From an uncultured Candidatus Saccharibacteria bacterium (lineage in GTDB: Bacteria > Patescibacteriota > JAQUNI01), in the NCBI GenBank assembly GCA_964555185.1, contig CAZKRD010000003.1, positions 83,943 to 147,942 on the forward strand: 64,000 nt of DNA. The letters run 5' to 3'. A program made the position numbers and the translations under genes. Positions within the stretch are counted from its first letter, which is position 1. Every line of letters starts with the position of its first letter. The notes below the pieces were generated by a model. That model made no database searches, was not told where the DNA came from, and worked only from the letters and a program-made list of their open reading frames with translations. Of this stretch, positions 9,727 through 19,420 are shown piece after piece.

Positions 9727-10788
9727 TCAGGTTTTAAATTTAAATTCGATCACATCGCCATCGCGGACAATATAGTCTTTGCCCTTGGTTTTGATTAAGC
9801 CCAAATCATGGGCCTTAACCCAAGAGCCGGCCACAATGAGTTCTTGCCAGTTGGCAACTTCGGCTTTGATAAAGCCCTGTTCAAAATCCGTGTGTACCCT
9901 GCCCGCGGCTTTTGGCGCGAGAATCCCAGAGGGCACGGGCCAGGCGCGGAGCTGTTTTGTACCTTTTATTGTATAGAAGGTGATTAAATCCAATATCTTA
10001 AAGCTGGATCGGATCAGTTTGTTGATACCGGTTTCCTTTAAATTTAATTCATCGCGGTATTCTTTTTGTTCTTTTGCTGGCAATTCAGAGATTTCTAATT
10101 CCAACCGAAGCGGCAGAGCGAGATCTATCTTTGGATTTTCTTCTGGCCTTCTATTTTCGTCACAGTTTAAAAGCTGGATTGTTGGCTTAGAGGTTAAGAG
10201 AGAGAGGCTGTGGATGATCCTCTCCTCTTCTTTGTTGAATTTTTTGTCCTTGATCAAATCTCTTTTTTTTAAATATTTTTCCAGTTTTTTTAAAAACTCC
10301 AGTTCTTTTATTTTTTCTTTGTCTTCGCCTGCCCTCCTGGTTTTTTCTATTCTTTTTTGGACAGCAGCCAAGTCAGCGAGGGCAAGTTCGGAATTGATAA
10401 TTTTGATATCCCGTTCGGGGTTAATGTTTTTTTCCGTGTTTTGAATATTGGGATCAGAAAATCCGCGGACAACATGAATAATCGCGTCCACTTCCCGGAT
10501 CCGGGCTAAGAATTGATTGCCCAAGCCCTCGCCTTTATGCGCATTACGAACCAGGCCGGCGATATCTGAAAATTCAACTTGGGCGGGCAGGACCCGGATC
10601 CCTGGAACGAGTTTAGCGATTTTTTTAAGCCGTGAGTCTGGCACCTTGACGACGCCGACATTGGGATCAATCGTGCAAAAAGGATAATTCGAAATAGCCA
10701 CCTGTTTTTTGGTCAGGATCTGGAAAAGAGTAGATTTGCCCACATTGGGGAGGCCGATGATGCCGATCTGCATAATTTGTAAGATCAA
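9727..10788 (-). CDS. ychF: Ribosome-binding ATPase YchF (Obg-family)
   Basis: MQIGIIGLPNVGKSTLFQILTK...NYPFCTIDPNVGVVKVPD is near-identical to the YchF G1 region. A TGS C-terminal domain is present. The true start is probably the internal MQIGIIG at about 10773. Confidence 0.9.
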   Translation of the reverse strand: MILQIMQIGIIGLPNVGKSTLFQILTKKQVAISNYPFCTIDPNVGVVKVPDSRLKKIAKLVPGIRVLPAQVEFSDIAGLVRNAHKGEGLGNQFLARIREVDAIIHVVRGFSDPNIQNTEKNINPERDIKIINSELALADLAAVQKRIEKTRRAGEDKEKIKELEFLKKLEKYLKKRDLIKDKKFNKEEERIIHSLSLLTSKPTIQLLNCDENRRPEENPKIDLALPLRLELEISELPAKEQKEYRDELNLKETGINKLIRSSFKILDLITFYTIKGTKQLRAWPVPSGILAPKAAGRVHTDFEQGFIKAEVANWQELIVAGSWVKAHDLGLIKTKGKDYIVRDGDVIEFKFKT

Positions 10789-10797
10789 AAATCAAAT

Positions 10798-10818
10798 CCC
10801 TGCCTACCGGCAGGCAGG
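10798..10818. repeat. REP-like GC-rich palindrome ccctgcctaccggcaggcagg followed by caaaatg(c/t)aaa tandem repeats
   Basis: It is a near-perfect palindrome in an AT-rich spacer. The same motif appears at 13864-13884 and 25836-25856. Confidence 0.6.
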
Positions 10819-10948
10819 TCAAAATGCAAAATGTAAATGCAAAATGTAAAATTGTCAAATTCAAAAAGTTCCATTGCTTTCATTATAGAATATTGTCAAA
10901 AAATATAAAGGGAGTATAATGTTGAAGTATCATTAACCTTCAAAATGT

Positions 10949-12373
10949 ATGAAAATAAATCCAGAGATTTTTCGCGGTTATGATCTACGAGGAGTTGTTG
11001 ACCGCGATTTAAACCCTGAAATTGTAGAACATTTGGGCAAGGCCTACGGCACTTATCTGCGCAAAAAACGGATCAAAAGGGCGGTTATTGGTTATGACTG
11101 CCGGCTATCAAGCCCTGATTACAAGCAGGCAATGATCCGCGGTCTTGTCAAAACCGGCATTGACGTGATTGATATTGGTTTGACCCTGGCCGGCACTTTT
11201 TATTGGGCCCAGTATTATTTACGATCCCGAGGCGGAGTGATGGTTACGGCTTCTCATAATCCTCCAGAGTATAATGGTTTTAAGTTCGCGCTTGGCTATT
11301 CGCGGACAATGGTTACGGACGAAATTCAGGATTTGAGAAAATTAGCAGATGGAGGACAGTTTGTCAAGGCAAAGAAGAAAGGGACGGTTAGCAAGCGGGA
11401 GATCACTGCTGCTTATTTTGCTGATTTAGCAAAACGTTTTAAGAAGATTAAGAAATTCAGAGTGGTGATTGATCCAAGCAATACCACGGCCGGCGCTTTT
11501 ATTCCCAAGCTTTTACGTAAAGTCGGCTGCACGGTGATTGAACAAAATTGCAGGATTGATGGTTCATTCCCTGTGGGCACCCCTGATCCAACCGAAAAAA
11601 AGGTAGCAGAGAGACTCTCTCGAGGGGTTCGAGAGAGAAAAGCAGACCTTGGTTTTTCTTATGATGCTGATGGCGATCGAATCGGTATTGTTGACGAGCA
11701 GGGGAATATTCTTTGGAATGATATCCTGGTTGCCTTGTTTGCGGCTGATGTCATTGATCAAAATCCAGGGGCCAAAATCGTTTTTAATACTCTATGCTCC
11801 AAAGTTGTGGAGGATGTAATTAAGGCAAAAAAGGGAAAGCCAATAATGTGGCGCACCGGACATTCTTTTATCAAAGCTCAAGCCCAGAAGATAAAGGCGA
11901 AGTTTGCCGGTGAGTTGTCGGGTCATTTCTTTTTCTTGGACAAGTTTTATGGCCATGATGACGGCGCCTATGCTACTTTGCGGGTGCTTGATTATCTTTC
12001 CCGCACCGGCCAGACTTTGGGTCAAGCGGTTGCTTCCTTTCCTAAGTACATTTCCAGCCCCGAGATCAAGGTCGGCTGTCCGGATTCAAAAAAAGTGAAG
12101 CTGATCGCAAAGATTGCGAAGGTTTTGAGAGGCGACTTTAAAGACGCAAAAGTCATTGATGATGACAAGCGGGCGGGCGACGGAGCAAGATTAGAAATGC
12201 CGGATTCGATGTTTGTGATTCGTTATTCTCAAAACGGGCCTTATCTTACGATTAAATTTGAAGCTAAGACTCAAGTAGAATATAACAGGTTGAAAAGATA
12301 TATCAACAAGCTTCTGCATTCCTATCCCGAGGTTGATTGGAGTTTTGGCGTGAATGTGGAGAGTTTGAAATAG
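10949..12373 (+). CDS. Phosphomannomutase/phosphoglucomutase (alpha-D-phosphohexomutase family)
   Basis: The active-site loop is MVTASHNPPEYNGFKF (the TASHNP phosphoserine motif). The metal-binding DADGDR motif is present. Length is 474 aa. Confidence 0.85.
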   Translation: MKINPEIFRGYDLRGVVDRDLNPEIVEHLGKAYGTYLRKKRIKRAVIGYDCRLSSPDYKQAMIRGLVKTGIDVIDIGLTLAGTFYWAQYYLRSRGGVMVTASHNPPEYNGFKFALGYSRTMVTDEIQDLRKLADGGQFVKAKKKGTVSKREITAAYFADLAKRFKKIKKFRVVIDPSNTTAGAFIPKLLRKVGCTVIEQNCRIDGSFPVGTPDPTEKKVAERLSRGVRERKADLGFSYDADGDRIGIVDEQGNILWNDILVALFAADVIDQNPGAKIVFNTLCSKVVEDVIKAKKGKPIMWRTGHSFIKAQAQKIKAKFAGELSGHFFFLDKFYGHDDGAYATLRVLDYLSRTGQTLGQAVASFPKYISSPEIKVGCPDSKKVKLIAKIAKVLRGDFKDAKVIDDDKRAGDGARLEMPDSMFVIRYSQNGPYLTIKFEAKTQVEYNRLKRYINKLLHSYPEVDWSFGVNVESLK

Positions 12374-12441
12374 GGACGATTGTGGATGAATTCTCTTGAC
12401 CAGTTTCCAGAGAGTATGATAAAGTATGATAGTATAATACT

Positions 12442-13308
12442 TTGTTATACTTTTTTTATTTTATGTCTCGTGAACGATTAACAATCACAATCAGCAAAAG
12501 ATTAATCAAACTCCTCGATGATTCAATTGATGGGGCTAAAATCAGAAATCGCTCCCACGCGATTGAGTATCTGTTAAGCAGAGTCCTAGTCCCGAAGGTG
12601 AACCGCGCGGTTATCTTAGCCGGCGGTGAAGGAGTGAAGATGCGGCCTTTTACTTATGAAATGCCTAAATCCTTGATTCCAATCAAGGGGAGGCCTCTTT
12701 TGGAACACACGATTGAGCTTTTAAGCAAACACGAGATCCGGGAGATCATTTTAGTGATCGGCCATTTGGGCGACAAGATTCGCAATCACTTTGGCGATGG
12801 TTCGCGCTTTGGCGTGAAGATCACTTATGCTGACCAGGGTGAAGCTTTCAGAGGGACCGGCGGCGCTTTGAAAGCAACGAGCCACCTAGTTGGCGGGAAG
12901 CCTTTTTTGCTGGTCTATGGCGATGTTCTAGCAGACATTGATTTACATGACTTGATTGATTTTCATAAAAGCCATGGCAAAATTATGACCATGGCCTTAA
13001 CCAGTGTAGAAGACTCCTCGATTTGGGGCGTGGTCCAACTGCACGGCACCCAGATTAGGGACTTTACCGAGAAACCAAAACCGAGCCGGAAATTGTCGCG
13101 GCTGATTAATGCCGGCATTTATGTGGTTGAGCCCAAAATCTTTGATTATTTTTTCAAGAAAAGAGTTTTTCGCCTCGAAGAGAATGTTTTCCCAAAATTG
13201 GCCCGCGAGGATCAGCTTTACGGTTATCCGTTTGAAGGCCAATGGTTTGACATCGGCACCCCCGAGATTTATGAGCGGGTTTTGAAGGAATGGAGAGGAA
13301 TAAAATAG
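12442..13308 (+). CDS. Sugar-phosphate nucleotidyltransferase with an N-terminal ribbon-helix-helix (CopG-like) extension
   Basis: The RHH-like N-terminus reads MSRERLTITISKRLIKLLDDSIDGAKIRNRSHAIEYLL. The NTP-transferase signature is AVILAGGEGVKMRPFTYEMPKSLIPIKGRPLL. The probable start is the Met at about 12466. Confidence 0.7.
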   Translation: MLYFFYFMSRERLTITISKRLIKLLDDSIDGAKIRNRSHAIEYLLSRVLVPKVNRAVILAGGEGVKMRPFTYEMPKSLIPIKGRPLLEHTIELLSKHEIREIILVIGHLGDKIRNHFGDGSRFGVKITYADQGEAFRGTGGALKATSHLVGGKPFLLVYGDVLADIDLHDLIDFHKSHGKIMTMALTSVEDSSIWGVVQLHGTQIRDFTEKPKPSRKLSRLINAGIYVVEPKIFDYFFKKRVFRLEENVFPKLAREDQLYGYPFEGQWFDIGTPEIYERVLKEWRGIK

Positions 13309-13350
13309 AATTTTCAATTTTCAAGTACCAATTTTCAATCAATTTTCAAT
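13309..13350. repeat. Left arm of a perfect 41-bp inverted repeat (aattttcaattttcaagtaccaattttcaatcaattttcaa)
   Basis: Its exact reverse complement occurs at 14975-15015 (ttgaaaattgattgaaaattggtacttgaaaattgaaaatt). I checked this base by base. Confidence 0.85.
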
Positions 13351-13479
13351 GTTTTAATGATTTAATTTTAAAAAACAAAGAATAAGGTTTTGGTTTGAAA
13401 TGTTTCAAGTCAAAATTTTGCTTTTTGGATTACATTTTTTTAGAGAAAATTCTCGATCTTTTTTTTGGAGGGAGGAACC

Positions 13480-13668
13480 ATGGGTCAAACAAATAAGCTT
13501 CCGGACTATTGTATTGCGGGTGCCATAGGTAGGGCATGCTTACAATTGAAAGGTACTGGTTGTCCTGGTCATGATTTTTGTTACCGGGGAGATGAATGTA
13601 AAAAGAAAAGAAAGGAAAGGGGGACAATAGGCCATGGATCTGACACAGTTGATCAGTCACCAGTTTAG
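13480..13668 (+). CDS. Small Cys-rich hypothetical protein (62 aa, 6 Cys)
   Basis: The protein is MGQTNKLPDYCIAGAIGRACLQLKGTGCPGHDFCYRGDECKKKRKERG... A strong SD GGAGGGAGG at 13467-13475 precedes it. A terminator follows at 13790-13819. Confidence 0.45.
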   Translation: MGQTNKLPDYCIAGAIGRACLQLKGTGCPGHDFCYRGDECKKKRKERGTIGHGSDTVDQSPV

Positions 13669-13789
13669 AGCCGGCTCAAGCAGCGCTTGCCAGAGAGTTT
13701 TTGGCTTTATGTGGCAATTCAGGGAGTGAGGGATTGGCCGCTGCCGCTGCTCTATGAATTAGTAATACCTTAGATTTGCTCTTTTTTGT

Positions 13790-13819
13790 AGGCCGATATA
13801 TCTAATCGGCCTTTTTTTG
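13790..13819 (+). terminator. Rho-independent terminator
   Basis: The stem aggccgatatatctaatcggcct is followed by TTTTTTT. Confidence 0.65.
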
Positions 13820-13863
13820 TTTGATTTAAAAAAACCAAAACCAGAGAAAAATTTTAGTTTTTG

Positions 13864-13884
13864 CCCGTCTGCCGGCAGGCAGGG
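13864..13884. repeat. REP-like palindrome cccgtctgccggcaggcaggg just 3' of trpS
   Basis: It belongs to the same cctgcc..ggcagg family. Confidence 0.55.
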
Positions 13885-13904
13885 ATTCAAGATTTTAGAT
13901 TAAA

Positions 13905-14879
13905 TCATCGTGCACCGATTTTCTTCCTAATCTCTTGCAGATTCGTTTTCGCCATTTCACGCGCTCGTTTCGCACCATCCCTTAAGATTTGTTCGACCTC
14001 TTCTGGTTTTTGTTTCAGATTTTCATAACGGATCCGGATATCACCTAGTTTGGCGGCAATGTTTTGAGCTAGAATTTTTTTGCATTCGACACAGCCTAAT
14101 TTTCCGCTTTTACAGTCTTTTTCAATGGTTGTTGCGAGATCAGTGAGGGAAAAGATTTGATGTAAAGAATAGATATTACATTTTTCCGGGTGGCCCTTTG
14201 ATCCTTTTTTGATTTTCTTGGGATCAGTAAAGGCTCCGGCCAGTTTTTTTTCTATGTTTTCTTGAGGTTCAAAGATGCCGATGTAATTATTTCTGCTTTT
14301 GCTCATTTTGTATTTTCCATCTAGGCCCACGATTCGCGGCGCTTTAGTCTTTAAGGTTTTGATTTCAGGAAAGGTGTCGCCGAATTTTTTATTGAATTTT
14401 CTGGCGACGAGGCGAGCAAATTCCAAATGAGGATCCTGATCTTGACCCACAGGCACAGCCTCGGCTTTGTAAACCAAGATATCCGCTGCCATTAAAACCG
14501 GGTAAGCTAAAAGACCGAGATTGAGATTCTCGGGAAATTGCTTCTTTTTTTCTTTATAAGTGGGCATTCTTTTGAGTAAAGGGATCTGGGTTAAGGTCCC
14601 TAAAATCCAGGCCAGTTCAGTCTGTTCGGGAATATAGGATTGCACAGCTAAAATAGATTTAGCAGGGTCAATGCCGCAGGCCAAGAGTTGAGTAGCCATT
14701 TCAAAAACGCCACGCCGCAAGTCTTTGGGTTTAAAGGGCGTGGTCAGGGCGTGGTAATCCACAATTTCGAAAATACATTGGTATTTATCTTGCAATTCCA
14801 CCCAGTTTTTGACTGCGCCAAAATAATTGCCCAGATTAAGATCACCAGTTGGACGAATGCCGGAGAAGAGGGTCTTCAT
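13905..14879 (-). CDS. trpS: Tryptophan--tRNA ligase
   Basis: MKTLFSGIRPTGDLNLGNYFGAVKNWVELQDKY...IVDYHALT aligns closely to bacterial TrpS. The KMSKS motif is present (KMSKSRNNYIGI). Length is 324 aa. Confidence 0.9.
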   Translation of the reverse strand: MKTLFSGIRPTGDLNLGNYFGAVKNWVELQDKYQCIFEIVDYHALTTPFKPKDLRRGVFEMATQLLACGIDPAKSILAVQSYIPEQTELAWILGTLTQIPLLKRMPTYKEKKKQFPENLNLGLLAYPVLMAADILVYKAEAVPVGQDQDPHLEFARLVARKFNKKFGDTFPEIKTLKTKAPRIVGLDGKYKMSKSRNNYIGIFEPQENIEKKLAGAFTDPKKIKKGSKGHPEKCNIYSLHQIFSLTDLATTIEKDCKSGKLGCVECKKILAQNIAAKLGDIRIRYENLKQKPEEVEQILRDGAKRAREMAKTNLQEIRKKIGAR

Positions 14880-14974
14880 ATAATTTTTAATTTCTAATTC
14901 TTAATTTTTAATCAATGTTTAATTTTCGAATAGATTTAATTTTCAAACAGTTTGAACATTTAGTCATTGGTTAT

Positions 14975-15015
14975 TGAAAATTGATTGAAAATTGGTACTT
15001 GAAAATTGAAAATTG
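14975..15015. repeat. Right arm of the perfect 41-bp inverted repeat
   Basis: It is the reverse complement of 13310-13350. Confidence 0.85.
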
Positions 15016-15087
15016 ATTAGTAAACCCTTCGGCAAGCTCAGGGTGGTGAGCATAGTCGAACCATTAAGAATTAAAAATTAGTGCTGA

Positions 15088-16893
15088 TTAGGCTTCAATC
15101 ACCACTGGCAAAATCATTGGTCTTCTTTCGGTTTTCTTAAACAGGTATGCGCCGATTTCATTTCTTATCCGGGATTTGATATAGGCTGCATTAGCGCTCA
15201 TATTTTTTCTGCCGGTTGGATTAACGATTCTTTTGACTTGGTTTTTGACTTCTTTTATTAGTTTATCAGATTCTTTCATATAAATAAAGCCGCGGGAAAC
15301 AATATCCGGCTCGCTGATCAGGGCCCCGTTCTCTTTGTTGATCGTGACGATTACCACGAACATCCCGTCTTTCGCCATTTGCTGACGGTCCCGCAAGACC
15401 ACCTGACCGACATCACCAACGCCCAGCCCATCAACCAGAACATATCCGGAAGGAGCTCTTTCTTTTTGGATCCGAGCGTTTTGCTTTTGGTCAATGCCTA
15501 AGATTTGTCCATTCTCCATAATAAAGATTTGTTCGTTTGTGAAACCAAGCTCTTTCGCGATCCAAGTGTGGTTAACGAGCATATGGTGTTCGCCGTGGAT
15601 TGGGATGAAATATTTCGGCTTTAAGAGGGAAAGCATCAGCTTTAGGTCTTCTTTATGTCCGTGTCCGCCTGTGTGGATGTCCATGATTTTTTCATAAAAT
15701 ACCCGTGCTCCTTGTCGGAAAAGATTGTCCATCATATTGTAGATAGAACGTTCATTGCCCGGTATTGGCGAAGAGGAGAGCAGGATAGTATCTCCTTTCT
15801 TGATTTTGATTTCTCTGTGTTCATTGCGGCTCATTCGGGCTAAAGCAGAGGCCTCTTGGCCTTGGCTGCCGGTTGCCACGATCGCCACCTTGTTCGGGGC
15901 AAGGTTTTTCGCTTGACGTAGACTGACAATGGTATTAGGCGGGATTTTGAGATAATTAAGATCGACAGCGATTTTAATACTCTTCTCCAGAGAGAGGCCG
16001 GAAAAAGCAATTTTGCGGCCGCTTGAGTAAGCAGAGTTAATTGCTTGCTGGACGCGGCTGATCAAGGAAGAGAAAGTGGCCATAATGATTCGCCCTTTCG
16101 CTGTTTCAAAGATCCGGCGCAGAGTCCGGCCGATCTTTTTTTCCGAGATAGAATGACCCTCTTTTTCTGCGCTGGTTGAGTCGCACATCGCGACCAAGAC
16201 CCCTTGTCCTCCCAGTTTTGCGATCCGAGAGAAGTCACTCGGTTTTTCGTCAACCGGGGTGTAGTCAAACTTAAAGTCGCCGGTTGTAACGCAAAGCCCG
16301 ACTGGTGTATAGATCGCAATCCCTACTCCATCAGGGATATTGTGGTTGACCCGAAAGAATTCGAGCTCAAAGTCGCCGATCCGGATGTTGTCATTAACCG
16401 TAAAGGTGTTCAGCTTGGATTTGTTATTCATCTTGAATTCAGAGAGCCGGTCGCGCAGAAACGCCATAGTCAGGGGCGTACCGTAAAGATAAGGATTTCC
16501 TAATTTTTCTAAGAGATAGGGGACAGCACCAATGTGATCTAAATGGCCGTGGGTAAAGACTACGCCCCGGATGTTTTTCCGCCTTTTTACAAGATAAGAA
16601 ATATCAGGGATCACATAATCAATTCCCAGCATTTCTTCGTTAGGAAACATCAGGCCCATATCCACAATCAAAATATCATTGCCGTATTCAAACACAGTCA
16701 TATTCCTGCCCACTTCTTCTAAGCCTCCCAAGGGGATTATTTTCAAAAGTTTTTTTTCTTTTGGTTTTGGCTGCTTTTGCTTGACTTTTATTTTTTTGGG
16801 AGGACTAGTGGTTTTAGGTTTGCTTTTTCGAGGAGCGATTTCTAGAGTAGGGATTGGTTTGGTTTTGAATTTTGGTCTTTTTGTTTTGGACAT
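15088..16893 (-). CDS. rnj: Ribonuclease J (metallo-beta-lactamase/beta-CASP) with a 55-aa K/P-rich N-terminal extension
   Basis: The zinc motif is VVFTHGHLDHIGAVPYLL (HxHxDH). A beta-CASP region and an RNase J C-terminal domain are present. Length is 601 aa. Confidence 0.9.
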   Translation of the reverse strand: MSKTKRPKFKTKPIPTLEIAPRKSKPKTTSPPKKIKVKQKQPKPKEKKLLKIIPLGGLEEVGRNMTVFEYGNDILIVDMGLMFPNEEMLGIDYVIPDISYLVKRRKNIRGVVFTHGHLDHIGAVPYLLEKLGNPYLYGTPLTMAFLRDRLSEFKMNNKSKLNTFTVNDNIRIGDFELEFFRVNHNIPDGVGIAIYTPVGLCVTTGDFKFDYTPVDEKPSDFSRIAKLGGQGVLVAMCDSTSAEKEGHSISEKKIGRTLRRIFETAKGRIIMATFSSLISRVQQAINSAYSSGRKIAFSGLSLEKSIKIAVDLNYLKIPPNTIVSLRQAKNLAPNKVAIVATGSQGQEASALARMSRNEHREIKIKKGDTILLSSSPIPGNERSIYNMMDNLFRQGARVFYEKIMDIHTGGHGHKEDLKLMLSLLKPKYFIPIHGEHHMLVNHTWIAKELGFTNEQIFIMENGQILGIDQKQNARIQKERAPSGYVLVDGLGVGDVGQVVLRDRQQMAKDGMFVVIVTINKENGALISEPDIVSRGFIYMKESDKLIKEVKNQVKRIVNPTGRKNMSANAAYIKSRIRNEIGAYLFKKTERRPMILPVVIEA

Positions 16894-17003
16894 ATTTTGT
16901 AAGCTAAGAGCTAAAAGTGTAAAGCTAAAAGTTAGAAATTTAAAAAACTTTTAATTTTAGACTCAACTTTTAACTTTGCATTTTTAACTTTGAACTGAAT
17001 CTG

Positions 17004-17088
17004 TGCCGGAGGTGGGATTCGAACCCACAAGCCATTTTGTGGCACGCGGCCCTGAACCGCGCATGTTTTCCAGTTTCATCACTCCGGC
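17004..17088 (-). tRNA. tRNA-Leu (anticodon CAG), 85 nt, no encoded CCA
   Basis: The reverse complement reads GCCGGAG...CGCGG-TTCAGGG-CCGCG...TGTGGGTTCGAATCCCACCTCCGGCA. It has a long variable arm, a GTTCGAATC T-loop, and a matching 7-bp acceptor stem. Confidence 0.7.
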
Positions 17089-17203
17089 CAATTGGGAGCA
17101 TTATTTTTAACATAAAATTTGAGCGGAAGCAACGCCTTTTATTTTTTATTATTTTTTTAAAACAATGGAACAATAAAATAATGAAATGATTTTTGTTTTT
17201 ATC

Positions 17204-18985
17204 TTAATCCTCTTTTTTAACCCATTTCCTTTCCTGTTCAATGTACCAGTCTGACAGCCCGGCGAATCTTTCATGGGGGAACACGACTTCCTGGGCCTTG
17301 ATCCCTTTGATTTTTTTAGTGATGCCGTAAAGATAATGAGGGGTGTAAAGAGGGATTACGGGTGTTTCTTGGCTGATGATTTCTTCCAGCGCCTTGTATT
17401 TTTCTTTTCTCTCTTCTGGATTTAAGGTCCTGATTTCTTCTAAGATTTTGTCAGCCTCTTGATTTTCAAAGCAGGCGATATTGAGCCCTGGGTCTTTGAT
17501 TTGAGAGGAATGCCAGAAAATGTAAGGGTCGGGGTTGTGGACCAGGATCTCTCCGTAGAGCAGGGCTTCGAAATTGCGCGGCCTGATGTATTCCTGTTGG
17601 ATTTTGGCAGTGTTGTAAGATTCAGTGACTAATTCGATCCCCGCTTGTTTGTATTTTGCTTTTAAAATTTCCGCGGTTTTTAAGTATTCGGGCCAATCAG
17701 TAGTGACCAAGGTCAAGCTTAGTCGTTCTGCGGCTTTAGTATAGATGCCGTCTTCTTCATCTTTTGTCCATTCTTGGGCTTCTAACAATTCCTCTGCCTT
17801 GAGAGGATCGAATTCTCTTGTGGCAAGTTCATCATCTTTGCTAAGGAGCAGAGGGGAATAGATTATTTTGCCGTTGCCAAAGATCGCTTGCTCTAGGATT
17901 TCTGTTTTTGGCGTAGCGTACTCCAGAGCTTGTCTGATATATTGATTTTCTAAAAGTTCGTTTTGGTTTTGGTTTAAGAAAATAGAGTAGGCGTGGGGCA
18001 GTTCTAGTGAATAAATCTCCAGGTATTCGCCGCCGTTTAGTCTGTCCTTCTTTTCTTTTGGGATATAGGAAAGACCGTCTACCTGCCTTGCTTTTAGGTC
18101 GGAGAGCAGGCTCTCAAAATCAGGATAAAATTGGAAGCTGATTTTTTCCAAAAAAGGAGATTTGCCGTAATAATGAGGATTGGGTTTTAAGGAATAAGAT
18201 TCAATATTGCCCTCTTTATTTTTTTTAAGCTTGTGAAACTGCCAGGGTCCGGACCCGATCGGTTTTAGGTTGTATTCAGCCAGGGCGGCATTAGCTGACG
18301 GAATGGTTTCCCAGATGTGCATTGGCAGGATGCCGAAATTTAAGTTAGAGAGAAAAGGGGAATAGGGTTCTTTTAAGACAAACTTCAATGTTCTCTCGTC
18401 AATTTGATCCATCTTTACGCCCAAGAAAACCGAGCGCAGAGGACTTTTAAAATCTGGGTCTTGAATCCGATGCACGGTGAAGATGATGTCATCGGTGGCT
18501 AATGGCTCGCCGTCCTGCCAAAAGAGGTTGGGTTTCAGGGTGAATCGGTAAGTTTTTTTATCTTCAGAAATTTCGTACTCCGAAGCTAAGTCCAGAGCCA
18601 GTTCTTGATTTTGATCGTATTTGACAAGACCTGAGAAAATGAGGCTGGATAGGTCCAGATCGATATCATTGGTTTGGGCCAGGGCTGGATTGATGTACTT
18701 GGGCTGGCCGACCATTCCTTCTGTGTATTGGCCGCCGACCTTCGGGACTAGCTCTGAATGCTTGAGATAATAGATTTGAATCCAGAAGATTAGGCTGACA
18801 ATAATAATGCCGGCAAGGGTGAAAATCAGAATTCGTTCCCAGGTGGTTAAGGTGCGGGGGAGATTGGCGATTTGTTTTAATTTGGGAATCTTGAGTTTTT
18901 TTGATTCTTCTCGAGAAAAAAACTGAGTCCGCTGGGAGCGGATTTTTTTTAAGCCATCAAGGGATTTTTTAAAAGGTGGCTTCAT
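17204..18985 (-). CDS. ABC-transporter-type extracellular solute-binding protein, family 5 (peptide/nickel-like), N-terminally membrane-anchored
   Basis: The protein is 593 aa with one N-terminal TM helix. The SBP_bac_5-like core includes LKPNLFWQDGEPLATDDIIFT. No permease gene is adjacent. Confidence 0.6.
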   Translation of the reverse strand: MKPPFKKSLDGLKKIRSQRTQFFSREESKKLKIPKLKQIANLPRTLTTWERILIFTLAGIIIVSLIFWIQIYYLKHSELVPKVGGQYTEGMVGQPKYINPALAQTNDIDLDLSSLIFSGLVKYDQNQELALDLASEYEISEDKKTYRFTLKPNLFWQDGEPLATDDIIFTVHRIQDPDFKSPLRSVFLGVKMDQIDERTLKFVLKEPYSPFLSNLNFGILPMHIWETIPSANAALAEYNLKPIGSGPWQFHKLKKNKEGNIESYSLKPNPHYYGKSPFLEKISFQFYPDFESLLSDLKARQVDGLSYIPKEKKDRLNGGEYLEIYSLELPHAYSIFLNQNQNELLENQYIRQALEYATPKTEILEQAIFGNGKIIYSPLLLSKDDELATREFDPLKAEELLEAQEWTKDEEDGIYTKAAERLSLTLVTTDWPEYLKTAEILKAKYKQAGIELVTESYNTAKIQQEYIRPRNFEALLYGEILVHNPDPYIFWHSSQIKDPGLNIACFENQEADKILEEIRTLNPEERKEKYKALEEIISQETPVIPLYTPHYLYGITKKIKGIKAQEVVFPHERFAGLSDWYIEQERKWVKKED

Positions 18986-19034
18986 TGTTCTTTTTTCAAA
19001 ATAGTTCTTTGATTCCTGTTGCTTCTAAAACATT

Positions 19035-19250
19035 TTAGATCAACACATTAACTAAGGCTAAAGCCAGGAATACGATCGATAGAACTACCGTCGCTTTGAA
19101 AATGAATTTTTCCGCTCCCCGTTTGGTGCGATAGACATTGCCGTCGCCGCCAAATGTACTGCCCAGTCCCATGCCGCGCGCTTGCAATAAAATAGCGCCT
19201 GAAAGTAAAACAGCTAAAATAATCTGGACGATTTTAAGTATTTGTGACAT
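19035..19250 (-). CDS. secG: Preprotein translocase subunit SecG
   Basis: The protein is 71 aa with two TM helices. The LLQARGMGLGSTFGG loop is typical of SecG. Confidence 0.8.
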   Translation of the reverse strand: MSQILKIVQIILAVLLSGAILLQARGMGLGSTFGGDGNVYRTKRGAEKFIFKATVVLSIVFLALALVNVLI

Positions 19251-19420
19251 AATTTAGGGTATTCTTAGAAGAGGAGAGAATCAGTAGTATCAGTAGTAAG
19301 GATAGCATTTTGAAGGCCGGGAGTCAATAAGTTGGAATCATGAATTATGCCACCAATTCCGGGTGGTCATCCAGTACGGGTGAAATTATGAATTATGAAT
19401 GATTCTCAATTCAAGATTTA

